A stretch of 34,203 nucleotides of DNA from Chloroflexia bacterium (GTDB taxonomy: Bacteria > Chloroflexota > Chloroflexia > QHBQ01 > JADMIH01). Positions 8,765-16,318 of this stretch are shown one piece after another. The translations under genes were made by a program, and so were the position numbers. Positions within the stretch are counted from its first letter, which is position 1. Each line of letters opens with the position of its first letter. The notes beneath the pieces are model-generated. The model saw only the letters and a list, made by a program, of their open reading frames with translations, was not told the origin of the DNA and did not search any database. Location of the stretch: the NCBI GenBank assembly GCA_034667185.1, contig JAXDKH010000262.1:1-34203 (forward strand), read 5' to 3'.

Positions 8765-9216
8765 ATCGCCGCTTCTCCACCGTCGCTGTATTCATACTGC
8801 GCACCGCTCCCCGCCACGTCCGAGGCATAGCGCTCCACCACCTCGGCTAGCGAGTCCAGGTCGAACGGCTTGCCGATGTAGTCGTCTGCCCCGTCTTCTA
8901 CCGCGCGCTGCCGGTCCACGGGGCGGCTCAACGCGGTGACCGCCACTATGGGGATGCCCGCTGTGCCCTCTTCCGCCTTCAGCTTGCGGATCGCCTCAAA
9001 CCCGTCGAGCACCGGCATCATCAGGTCCATCAAAATCAGCCTGGGCCTATACTCTCCCGCCAGCCGCAGTGCCTCTTCCCCGTCGGCGGCCAGCAGCGCC
9101 CTGTACCCCAGTATGTCTTCCACCACCGCGCGCATGATCTCGCGATTATCAGGCTCGTCCTCAACAATCAGCACGAGCCTCTCTCCCTCAGACCCTGGGA
9201 CCATCAATCCCCCCAT
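8761..9216 (-). CDS. Stand-alone response regulator receiver (CheY-like)
   Basis: 151 aa with VLIVEDEPDNREIM, ILMDLMMPVLDGFE, PIVAVTA and IGKPF receiver motifs, and no output domain. Its stop overlaps the kinase stop (TTAG at 8761-8764). Confidence 0.88.
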   Translation of the reverse strand: MGGLMVPGSEGERLVLIVEDEPDNREIMRAVVEDILGYRALLAADGEEALRLAGEYRPRLILMDLMMPVLDGFEAIRKLKAEEGTAGIPIVAVTALSRPVDRQRAVEDGADDYIGKPFDLDSLAEVVERYASDVAGSGAQYEYSDGGEAAI

Positions 9217-9389
9217 AGCTTATTCTGTGTGCGTGTTTGTTGCCCGGCCCAGCAAACAACCTACCTGGAAAATAGCAGGACCACGAGATGCAGGCTAAGA
9301 CATGAGAGCCAAGCCGCAATTGCTCACCTGGCTGCAATAATAATGCCATTGAGGTCCGCACTCACGCGACACACAGCCGCCACCTAATG

Positions 9390-9395
9390 TAAAAT
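9390..9395 (+). promoter_or_regulatory. -10 box TAAAAT placed 6 nt before ATG 9402 (leaderless-type geometry)
   Basis: The sequence reads cctaatgTAAAATgacatcATG. There is no SD, and a weak -35 GCGACA lies 18 nt upstream. Confidence 0.35.
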
Positions 9396-9401
9396 GACAT
9401 C

Positions 9402-10136
9402 ATGAGCGCAGTCAGCGACAACAAACCGTCCGCCAGCCGAGACACCGACAAGACCCCTGTAGGCCATCTCTCCAACGTAGTGAAAGCCTACCCGATGGGC
9501 CACCGCGAATATGTTGCCCTGCGCGACGTAGACCTGACCCTCTACGCGGGCCAGTTCGCCGCCATAGTTGGACCATCAGGCTCCGGCAAGTCCACCATCC
9601 TCAACATGATCACCGGCATCGACCGACCCACCCGCGGCGAGGTCATCATGGCCGGCATGCCCCTCCACCGCATGTCGGAGAACGAGCTAGCCCGCTGGCG
9701 TGGGGCTAACATCGGCATCGTCTTCCAGTTCTTCCAGCTTCTCCCCACTCTGACCGCCCTAGAAAACGTCATGCTCCCGATGGACTTCCTCAACTCCTAT
9801 GGCTCCCACCGCCGAGAACGCGCCATGTCCCTCCTGGCCCTGGTCGGCCTCGCCCCACGCGCCGCCCACCTACCCAGCGAACTCTCCGGCGGCGAGCAAC
9901 AACGCGTAGCCATAGCCCGTGCCCTCGCCAACGACCCACCCATCCTCATCGCCGACGAACCAACCGGCAACCTCGATACCGCCAGCGGCGAGAACATCAT
10001 GCAACTCCTCCTGCAACTCAGCTATCAGGGCAAATCGGTAGTCTTCGTCACCCACGACGTAAACCTTGCCTCTCATGCCCAGCGCGTCATCCGCGTGCAG
10101 GACGGCCAGATAGTCTCCGACGAGTTGCAAGGGTGA
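9402..10136 (+). CDS. ABC transporter ATP-binding protein (MacB/LolD/FtsE-like), no adjacent permease
   Basis: Walker A is GPSGSGKST, the signature is [15 protein letters not shown], Walker B is [12 protein letters not shown], and the H-loop is VTHD. Confidence 0.9.
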   Translation: MSAVSDNKPSASRDTDKTPVGHLSNVVKAYPMGHREYVALRDVDLTLYAGQFAAIVGPSGSGKSTILNMITGIDRPTRGEVIMAGMPLHRMSENELARWRGANIGIVFQFFQLLPTLTALENVMLPMDFLNSYGSHRRERAMSLLALVGLAPRAAHLPSELSGGEQQRVAIARALANDPPILIADEPTGNLDTASGENIMQLLLQLSYQGKSVVFVTHDVNLASHAQRVIRVQDGQIVSDELQG

Positions 10137-10328
10137 AGCGTAGCTCAGAAGCGTGAAACGTGAAACGTGATGCGGCTTGCTAAACAGGGTTCGTGAAGGC
10201 GAAATTGCTTCTTAGGCGGAAACCCTACTCCTCCTTCCTCCCCCACTTTCCTACAACGACCTGCTATAATAGACCCACTCCTCGACGTCCGTTGGCCGGA
10301 CCTTATCATTACGAAGGGGTGGTTTTCT

Positions 10329-13106
10329 ATGCACAACCTTCCATCTGGCACGGTGACTTTTCTGTTCACCGACATAGAGGGAAGCACCGTCCTCTGGGAG
10401 CAGCACCCTGAGCAGGCGCGAACAGCCCTGGGCCGGCACGACAAGATCGTCGAAGAGGCAGTGGGCCGGCATAATGGCATGCTCGTGCGCCCACGCGGCG
10501 AAGGTGACAGCCGTTTCGCCGTCTTCCCGCGGGCCACTGATGCCACGGCATGTGCTGCCGCTTTGCAGAAGGCTTTTCACGCCGAGCAGTGGGCGACACC
10601 TGCGCCTCTCCGTGTGCGCATTGCTCTGCACACCGGGGAAGCCGATCTGCGTGAAGGCGATTACTACGGCACCGCCGTCAATCGCTGTGCACGGCTTCGC
10701 TCGGCGGCGCATGGCGGACAGACTCTCCTCTCCGGTACCACATACGATCTTGTGTGCGAGGCGCTGCCACCGGGGCTGGAACTGCGGGACCTTGGAGAGC
10801 ACAGCCTGAAGGACCTGCAAAGGCCGGAGCGTATTTTCCAGCTCAGCGTGGTAGGCGTCCCATCTGAGTTCCCTCCGCTCAAGACGCTCAATTCCCTACC
10901 CAACAATCTCCCCTCTCAGCGCAGCCTGCTCGTCGGTCGAGAGAAGGAGCTTGCCGCCATTCGCACGCTCCTTCTGCGCGATGAAGTTGGGCTCCTTACC
11001 CTTACCGGCCCCGGCGGCATCGGAAAGACGCGCCTCTCCTTGCAAGTGGCAGCCGATCTTATCGAGCAGTTCGCCGACGGCGTCTTCTTTGTCCCGCTAG
11101 AGGCTGTGAACGACTCCCACCTCGTCGCGTCTATAATCGCGCAGACTTTTGGGGTGCGTGAAGGCGAAGGGCGCCCATTGATGGCGAGCCTCAAAGACTA
11201 CTTCGCCAACAAACATATGCTCCTGGTGCTGGACAACTTTGAGCAGGCGCTTTCGGCGGCATCGGTCGTTGCGGAGATAGTGTCGGCGTCTCCCGGCGTG
11301 AAAGTGCTTGTCACCAGCAGGTCAAGGTTGCACATAGCAGGTGAACACGAGTTCATGGTGCCTCCCTTGTCACTCCCCGAGCCGGGCCAACCGCCTGATC
11401 TTGCCGGCCTGACCCAATATGGAGCAGTGCGGCTCTTCATTGAGCGTGCGGTGGCGATCAAGCCCGACTTCGAGGTGACGAACGAAAACGCCGCGGCGGT
11501 GGCTGAGATCTGCGCCCGCCTGGATGGACTGCCCCTGGCAATAGAGCTGGCGGCATCTAGAGTTAAGATACTGCCGCCAAAGGCAATGCTTGGGCGGTTG
11601 CAGAACCGGCTGAAACTGTTGACAAGCGGTGAGAGGAATCTGCCATCGCGCCAGCAAACCCTGCGCGGAGCGATAGATTGGAGCTACAACCTCTTGAGCG
11701 AGGATGAGCAAGTACTCTTCCGGCGGCTCTCGGTCTTCGCCGGAGGGTGCTCGCTAGACGCTCTGGAGGTCCTCGGCCAGCGTGGGCTCAACTTGGATGT
11801 GCTTGACGGCCTCGAGTCGCTGGTCGATAAGAGCTTGCTGCGGCAAGAGGAGCAGGAGAACGGCGAACCTCGCTTCAGGATGCTGGAGACGATCAGAGAA
11901 TACGCGCTGGAACGTCTGCAGGAAAGTGGAGAGGCGCAAGAGATAGCCCGGGAGCACGCAAGCATCTACGTGGCGCTGGCCGAAGAATCGGAGCCGCAGT
12001 TGCACCAATCCGAGCAGTTGGAGTGCTTCAAGCGGCTCGAGACAGAGCACGACAACCTGCGCGCGGCGCTTTCATGGTCTCTGAAGAACCAAAAGGTGGA
12101 GACGGCCCTGAGACTCGCCACCTCGCTCTGGCACTTCTGGTGGGTACGAGGCCACCTGACCGAGGGACGTAATTGGCTCGAGGCGACGGTCGAATTAGCT
12201 GCGGCCAAAGGCAACAAGAGTCCTGAGCACGCGAAGGCATTATATGCCCTGGCCGTACTTTGTCGCGGCCTCCGTGAGGTTCCCTCGATAATACGGTACG
12301 CAAAAGAGAGTGCTGCGCTAGCGCTGGAAATCAACGACCGAACAAGCCTGGGATGGGCCTTGGCAGTAGAGGGGATAGGGCTTCTCATCCACGGGGAGCC
12401 GGCCCCGGCTCGCTCCGCAGCTGAGGAGGCGACCAGGGTAGCACGGGAAGCGGGGTATGGAGGCTGGGACATGGCAAACGTACTGATGAGGTACGCAATG
12501 GTACTGGGTGGGCAGCGTGACGTGGCACCTGCGCAGGTAGCGATGGAGGCAGCGCTGGCGCTCTTCCGGCAGGTAGGAGACAGGTGGGGCACCTCGCAGA
12601 CGCTGAACACGATGGGCGACATGGCCCGGATGCAAGGTGACTACGACCGGGCAAGCGCTCTCTACACAGAAAGCCTGCACCTTTACCGCGAACTGGGCGT
12701 GAAGAGGGATGTCCCGGCCTCTCTGCATAATCTTGGGCACGTCGCCCTGGCAAAAGGTGACAATCTCAGAGCGAAGGGGCTCTTTATGGAGGGCCTTACC
12801 CTCCACCAGGAGCTTGGAAACAAATTTGGCACTGCTGAGTGCCTGGTCGGGTTGGCAGGCGTGGCCACCGCGATGCAGGACCCCGTACGAGCCGCACGGC
12901 TCCTTGGCATTTCTACGGGGCTGCGGGAGACGCTGGGAGACGCAATCTGGCTGGCGGAGCGGGCCACTTACGAGCGGTATGTAGCCGAGACCCGCGCCCA
13001 GCTAGACGAAGCGAGTTGGAGAGCAGCCCTGGACGAGGGGCAGGCCATGAGCCTCGTCCACGGCATAGAGTACGCACTGGAGCGCAACGCTGGTAGCCAG
13101 TTCTGA
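10329..13106 (+). CDS. Class III nucleotide cyclase - STAND (NB-ARC-like) ATPase - TPR protein
   Basis: The N-terminus TFLFTDIEGST...RIALHTGEA...YYGTAVNRCARL is a class III cyclase domain. GPGGIGKTRL is the P-loop and LLVLDNFEQ is Walker B. The C-terminal half has TPR-like repeats (for example LNTMGDMARMQGDYDRASALYTESLHLYRELG). No C-terminal HTH is visible. Confidence 0.88.
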   Translation: MHNLPSGTVTFLFTDIEGSTVLWEQHPEQARTALGRHDKIVEEAVGRHNGMLVRPRGEGDSRFAVFPRATDATACAAALQKAFHAEQWATPAPLRVRIALHTGEADLREGDYYGTAVNRCARLRSAAHGGQTLLSGTTYDLVCEALPPGLELRDLGEHSLKDLQRPERIFQLSVVGVPSEFPPLKTLNSLPNNLPSQRSLLVGREKELAAIRTLLLRDEVGLLTLTGPGGIGKTRLSLQVAADLIEQFADGVFFVPLEAVNDSHLVASIIAQTFGVREGEGRPLMASLKDYFANKHMLLVLDNFEQALSAASVVAEIVSASPGVKVLVTSRSRLHIAGEHEFMVPPLSLPEPGQPPDLAGLTQYGAVRLFIERAVAIKPDFEVTNENAAAVAEICARLDGLPLAIELAASRVKILPPKAMLGRLQNRLKLLTSGERNLPSRQQTLRGAIDWSYNLLSEDEQVLFRRLSVFAGGCSLDALEVLGQRGLNLDVLDGLESLVDKSLLRQEEQENGEPRFRMLETIREYALERLQESGEAQEIAREHASIYVALAEESEPQLHQSEQLECFKRLETEHDNLRAALSWSLKNQKVETALRLATSLWHFWWVRGHLTEGRNWLEATVELAAAKGNKSPEHAKALYALAVLCRGLREVPSIIRYAKESAALALEINDRTSLGWALAVEGIGLLIHGEPAPARSAAEEATRVAREAGYGGWDMANVLMRYAMVLGGQRDVAPAQVAMEAALALFRQVGDRWGTSQTLNTMGDMARMQGDYDRASALYTESLHLYRELGVKRDVPASLHNLGHVALAKGDNLRAKGLFMEGLTLHQELGNKFGTAECLVGLAGVATAMQDPVRAARLLGISTGLRETLGDAIWLAERATYERYVAETRAQLDEASWRAALDEGQAMSLVHGIEYALERNAGSQF

Positions 13107-13111
13107 ACTCC

Positions 13112-13285
13112 CTACTTTATCTTCCCCTCGTCCTGCAACTGCTTGGCGGCATCGTGGATATTATCCGCGGCCTGCTCAAGGTCAATCCGTGCCGCCTTAG
13201 CAGCGCGCCTCAAATCGTCTAACGTAATATTGTCCGGGTTCCCATGGTCCTCATTCGGCTCTCCACACCCACACGACATACACAT
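13112..13285 (-). CDS. Small Cys/His-rich protein (57 aa), conserved-hypothetical type
   Basis: The protein begins MCMSCGCGEPNEDHGNPDNITLDDLRRAAKAA... AGGAGG lies 8 nt upstream of ATG 13285. The longer tracked start at 13351 has no SD. Confidence 0.6.
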   Translation of the reverse strand: MCMSCGCGEPNEDHGNPDNITLDDLRRAAKAARIDLEQAADNIHDAAKQLQDEGKIK

Positions 13286-13372
13286 ATCACATACCTCCTG
13301 ACTAATGTAAGCGAAATCACCATATACCCACCCCCGCAAGATACAGGCCAACCGGCACTACCACACCGTCCT

Positions 13373-13414
13373 CAAGACAAAAGGGCCAGAGTACGACATC
13401 ACGTACCCCGGCCC
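13373..13414 (-). terminator. Intrinsic terminator downstream of the NlpC/P60 gene
   Basis: The minus-strand RNA is GGGCC-ggg-GTACG-tgatgt-CGTAC-tct-GGCCC followed by TTTTGTCTTG. Confidence 0.55.
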
Positions 13415-13489
13415 TTCCTGTATTGCCCAACCTATCATCCTAATCTTTGCGCGTCCTTTGCGCCTTTGCGTTTTCGTCTCTTCCCCAGT

Positions 13490-14728
13490 CTACTTCCGGG
13501 GCCGGACCGCCGCTGTGAAGTGCGCGCCCCAGTAGGCGCTCCACAGGTCGCTTACACGCACGCCCGTGCTCTCGTTCTCGGCATGCACGAACCTGCCGCC
13601 GCCGATGTAGATACCCGCGTGAGACAGCCCGCGCTTGTACGTATTCGAGAAGAACACCAGGTCGCCCGGCTGCAACTCCTTAGTGCTCACGCGCGGCCCT
13701 GAGGCGATCTGGCCCTCCATAATGCGGCTCATCTTCACGCCCGACTTGTTGAGCACGTAGTACACAAACCCGCTGCAATCGAAGCCGGAGGGCGTCGTGC
13801 CGCCAAACCGGTACCTGTAGCCCACGTACTTCATGGCCGTGCTCACAATCGTGTCCGCGCTGCCCGACACAGCGACCGGGACCTCTATCTTGGCCACGGG
13901 CTGCGCGGCGGCTTCCAGAACAGGCTTAACTTCGGCGGGGGTCACTTCGACGACAGGAGCGGCAGGAGCAGCCTGTGCCGCAGGAGCCGCGGGGGCAGCC
14001 TTGGCCGCCGGGGCCTCCGTCTTATCGGCTGCCTTAGTCTCGGTCCGCGCGGCGGGTGCTATCTCTGTGACTGCTTGCGACTGCGCCAGGTACTGCGCCA
14101 TCGCCCAACCCGTTACGCCGTTAGCGGAAACCTGGTACCAGGCTATCCCTTCGTCGTCCGTCACCGGCCCTTTCTTCACCGCCACCACGGTATCAGGTGC
14201 CAGCTTTGTGATTACGCTGCCCTGCCTGTTGGAGGCGCTACGCACGCGCAAAGGGTCGCCGTCTGTGTTGGCTACCTTGCCGAAGCCCACGATCTTGGCG
14301 GCGGGCTTTGCAACCTGCGGCGCGGCCTTAGTTGCAGGCTTGCTGGTCGTCGCGCTTTCGCTCGTAGTCACCTTGACCGCCGGGGCTGTGCCCGCCTTAC
14401 CTTCCAGGTACCCAGCGACGATCCAGCCCGTGCCGTTCGGGCCCTTCACCTTGAACCAGCGATAGTTATTCTCATCCCGCTCCGGCCCGGCGAGCACCGA
14501 GAGCACCTGTCCTTCGTAAGCCTCGCCTATCTGCTCGTTGCTCTTGCCCGCGCCGCTACGCATCCGAATAGTGTCGCCGTCCGTGTTCACCACCACGACC
14601 TTACCACCCACCGTGATAGGTTCCGCAGCGAAAGTGGGCCGTGCGCTACCGAAGAACGAGCTGAGGAGAATTACCGCTGATAATACCGTCGCGCCGGTGG
14701 CTGTCTTGAGGCGTTTGTTGAGAGACAA
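13490..14728 (-). CDS. Secreted peptidoglycan endopeptidase, SH3b-SH3b-NlpC/P60
   Basis: There are two SH3b-like units (VVNTDGDTIRMRSGAG...GWIVAGYLE and VANTDGDPLRVRSASN...GWAMAQYLA) and an Ala/Pro linker. The C-terminal NlpC/P60 domain has the catalytic FDCSGFVYY and HAGIYIG motifs. I prefer TTG 14728, with GGAGGA 5 nt upstream, which gives the signal peptide MSLNKRLKTATGATVLSAVILLSSFFGSARPTFA. Confidence 0.88.
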   Translation of the reverse strand: MSLNKRLKTATGATVLSAVILLSSFFGSARPTFAAEPITVGGKVVVVNTDGDTIRMRSGAGKSNEQIGEAYEGQVLSVLAGPERDENNYRWFKVKGPNGTGWIVAGYLEGKAGTAPAVKVTTSESATTSKPATKAAPQVAKPAAKIVGFGKVANTDGDPLRVRSASNRQGSVITKLAPDTVVAVKKGPVTDDEGIAWYQVSANGVTGWAMAQYLAQSQAVTEIAPAARTETKAADKTEAPAAKAAPAAPAAQAAPAAPVVEVTPAEVKPVLEAAAQPVAKIEVPVAVSGSADTIVSTAMKYVGYRYRFGGTTPSGFDCSGFVYYVLNKSGVKMSRIMEGQIASGPRVSTKELQPGDLVFFSNTYKRGLSHAGIYIGGGRFVHAENESTGVRVSDLWSAYWGAHFTAAVRPRK

Positions 14729-14876
14729 TTGGTTCCTCCAGGCTGGGACTTCGTCGCGCACAAAAAAGGGCTGGTATATAGTCGTTAGCTTTTGCGTTGC
14801 CAGTATTGTGTTGCGACGTTTCCGGGTAATGGGTGAGAGAGTACGCGTATGCCGGTTGCTGTATAGGCAGGGCTAC

Positions 14877-15188
14877 CTAAATGCAACAAGGGTAGGGAAG
14901 ACCCTGTTTGTCCTTTAGAATGCTGGAGGGGAAGCCGGGCCTGTCCGCGAAGCCACGAAGCAGCGCGGAGGGCGACAGATGCCGGTCGTCATGAGGGAAA
15001 TTATGAACCTGAGAAGGGGTGCCGCGTAGCAACTCTCGGCCGAGCTTGCCACGGCGCAGGGCGAAGGCCACGATCATATAGAGCGCGCAGCGCACCGAGG
15101 CCGGCAGCATAGAGCCCCGCCTCCCGTACACAATACCACCCGCCGCCAGTAACAGGCACAGGTGTCGCAACTCCACCGGTGTAGCCAT
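14877..15188 (-). CDS. Hypothetical protein (103 aa), no recognisable family
   Basis: It is the only sizeable ORF in a roughly 650-bp gap. Third codon positions are GC-rich and a GGGGGA motif lies upstream of the ATG. No motif was recognised. Confidence 0.3.
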   Translation of the reverse strand: MATPVELRHLCLLLAAGGIVYGRRGSMLPASVRCALYMIVAFALRRGKLGRELLRGTPSQVHNFPHDDRHLSPSALLRGFADRPGFPSSILKDKQGLPYPCCI

Positions 15189-15329
15189 CTTCCCCCTTCA
15201 ATAGAGGGGACTACAATATGTAAGCCCCTCAAGTCAGTGTTGGGAAGATAGCATACTGCGGCTTGGAATTACAATGCTTCGCCTACGTAATTAATCGTAA
15301 TTTTGCACTATACAGACTACGTAAGCTTG

Positions 15330-15359
15330 CAAACAAAAAGGGCCCGCTATGCGAGCCCT
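15330..15359 (-). terminator. Intrinsic terminator of the ferritin-like gene
   Basis: The minus-strand RNA is AGGGCUCGC-aua-GCGGGCCCU (9 bp including one G-U) followed by TTTTTGTTTG, 25 nt after the stop. On the plus strand the same position would be a C-A mismatch, which supports minus-strand use. Confidence 0.7.
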
Positions 15360-15384
15360 CTTCTGGAACGACCGGCAAGCCCTC

Positions 15385-16122
15385 TTACTGGTCGCTGCCG
15401 TGGCTGGTCGAAGGATCGTAGTCGTTGGCGCTCGTCGCCATGTAGCTGCTCGACCCGGAATCGGCGCTGGCGGTGTCGTCACCCTCGTAGCGGAAGGCGT
15501 CTTCACCGTAGTCATCGAAATCGTCATCGTCGTTGCGCTTCAGGAGGAAGTAGGCCGCGCCACCAATGGCACCCACTAGCAAGAGCAACGGCAGCGGCAG
15601 CCCGCCCTTCTTCTTGTGCCCGTTGCTCAGTTCCGATGCCACCTCAACCTTGTCCTTGGAGGTCTCCAGCTTGGTATCCACTGTCTGCTGGCGCTCCTTC
15701 TGGGCCTGGTCGTCGTACCAGCGCATCTCGTCCGACTTGTTCTCCAGGTTCTTCCGGACGATGTTCAGCGCCTTGGCGTCCTCGATCTCGTCGATGTGGT
15801 CGATATAGCGCTTGATGCCACGCTCGGCACCCACGCGCATGCCCTCGACGCTGGAGTCGTCGCGCATGCCTGTAATCCTGCCCCACAGCGTCGCCTGTCC
15901 CTTGCCCGTGCCCACCTCGTAGGTGAGGGGCTCGCCACCCAGTTCCTCCAGCCGTTCGTTGAGTCTCTCGGCCTGCTTGGCGTGCTGGTCCCGGAACTTG
16001 CGGTACTGCTTGCGCAGCTTGCTATCCTCGGCTTCGTCCATCGCGGCATCGAGAGCTGCGATAGCCATGTACTCGGTCTTTACCAGCTCTTCGAGTGCCT
16101 TGAGGGTCTTCTTGTTGCTCAT
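15385..16122 (-). CDS. Ferritin-like four-helix-bundle protein (DUF2383/PA2169-like) with a TM anchor and acidic tail
   Basis: 245 aa. The N-terminal helical region LEELVKTEYMAIAALDAAMDEAED...QHAKQAERLNERLEELGGEP resembles PA2169-family proteins, from memory. It has one TM segment (LPLPLLLLVGAIGGAAYFLL) and a D/E/S-rich tail. AGGAGG lies 8 nt upstream. Confidence 0.75.
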   Translation of the reverse strand: MSNKKTLKALEELVKTEYMAIAALDAAMDEAEDSKLRKQYRKFRDQHAKQAERLNERLEELGGEPLTYEVGTGKGQATLWGRITGMRDDSSVEGMRVGAERGIKRYIDHIDEIEDAKALNIVRKNLENKSDEMRWYDDQAQKERQQTVDTKLETSKDKVEVASELSNGHKKKGGLPLPLLLLVGAIGGAAYFLLKRNDDDDFDDYGEDAFRYEGDDTASADSGSSSYMATSANDYDPSTSHGSDQ

Positions 16123-16181
16123 TTACGTTGCCTCCTAAAGTTTTGCCGGGTAGCAACAACGCCACCCATAGTTACGCCCGT

Positions 16182-16211
16182 ATTATGGCTTGTACAGCAG
16201 CTTAAAGGCAA
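16182..16211 (-). promoter_or_regulatory. Possible promoter of the ferritin-like gene (TTGCCT - 18 nt - CATAAT)
   Basis: Read on the minus strand between repeat copy A and the gene. Confidence 0.3.
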
Positions 16212-16233
16212 GCAAGAAGGGTGCCATGTGGTT

Positions 16234-16318
16234 GGAATTTGGGAATTGGGATTTCGGATTGTGGATTTATTAGGTATGCTAGCAATTCCGAAATCCGAAA
16301 TCCCAATTCCCAAATTCC
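16234..16318. repeat. AT-rich palindromic heptamer-array element, family 1, copy A
   Basis: There are perfect 27-nt arms: GGAATTTGGGAATTGGGATTTCGGATT (16234-16260) and AATCCGAAATCCCAATTCCCAAATTCC (16292-16318). Each arm is a run of GGRATTK-like heptamers. The element abuts the permease stop codon at 16319. Confidence 0.9.

Noticed and set aside
10251-12806. Multiple minus-strand ORFs (10251..10820, 11966..12622, 12318..12806 and others) inside the STAND gene
   Set aside because: All are Arg/Ser/Pro/Ala-rich shadows of the 925-aa cyclase-STAND-TPR ORF, which has continuous recognisable domains.
13445-13470. Three CTTTGCG motifs in the 3' region of the NlpC/P60 gene
   Set aside because: The motifs are very short and irregularly spaced (11 and 8 nt), so this is plausibly chance.
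13833-14680. Plus-strand ORFs 13833..14465 and 14075..14680
   Set aside because: They are antisense to the SH3b-NlpC/P60 gene. The Ala-rich translation mirrors that gene's Ala/Pro linker.
16234-16318. Could the heptamer-rich repeats be a CRISPR array or a tandem-repeat locus?
   Set aside because: Each locus is a single inverted-repeat pair with a short loop. There is no repeat-spacer periodicity and there are no cas genes, so REP/MITE-type is the better description.
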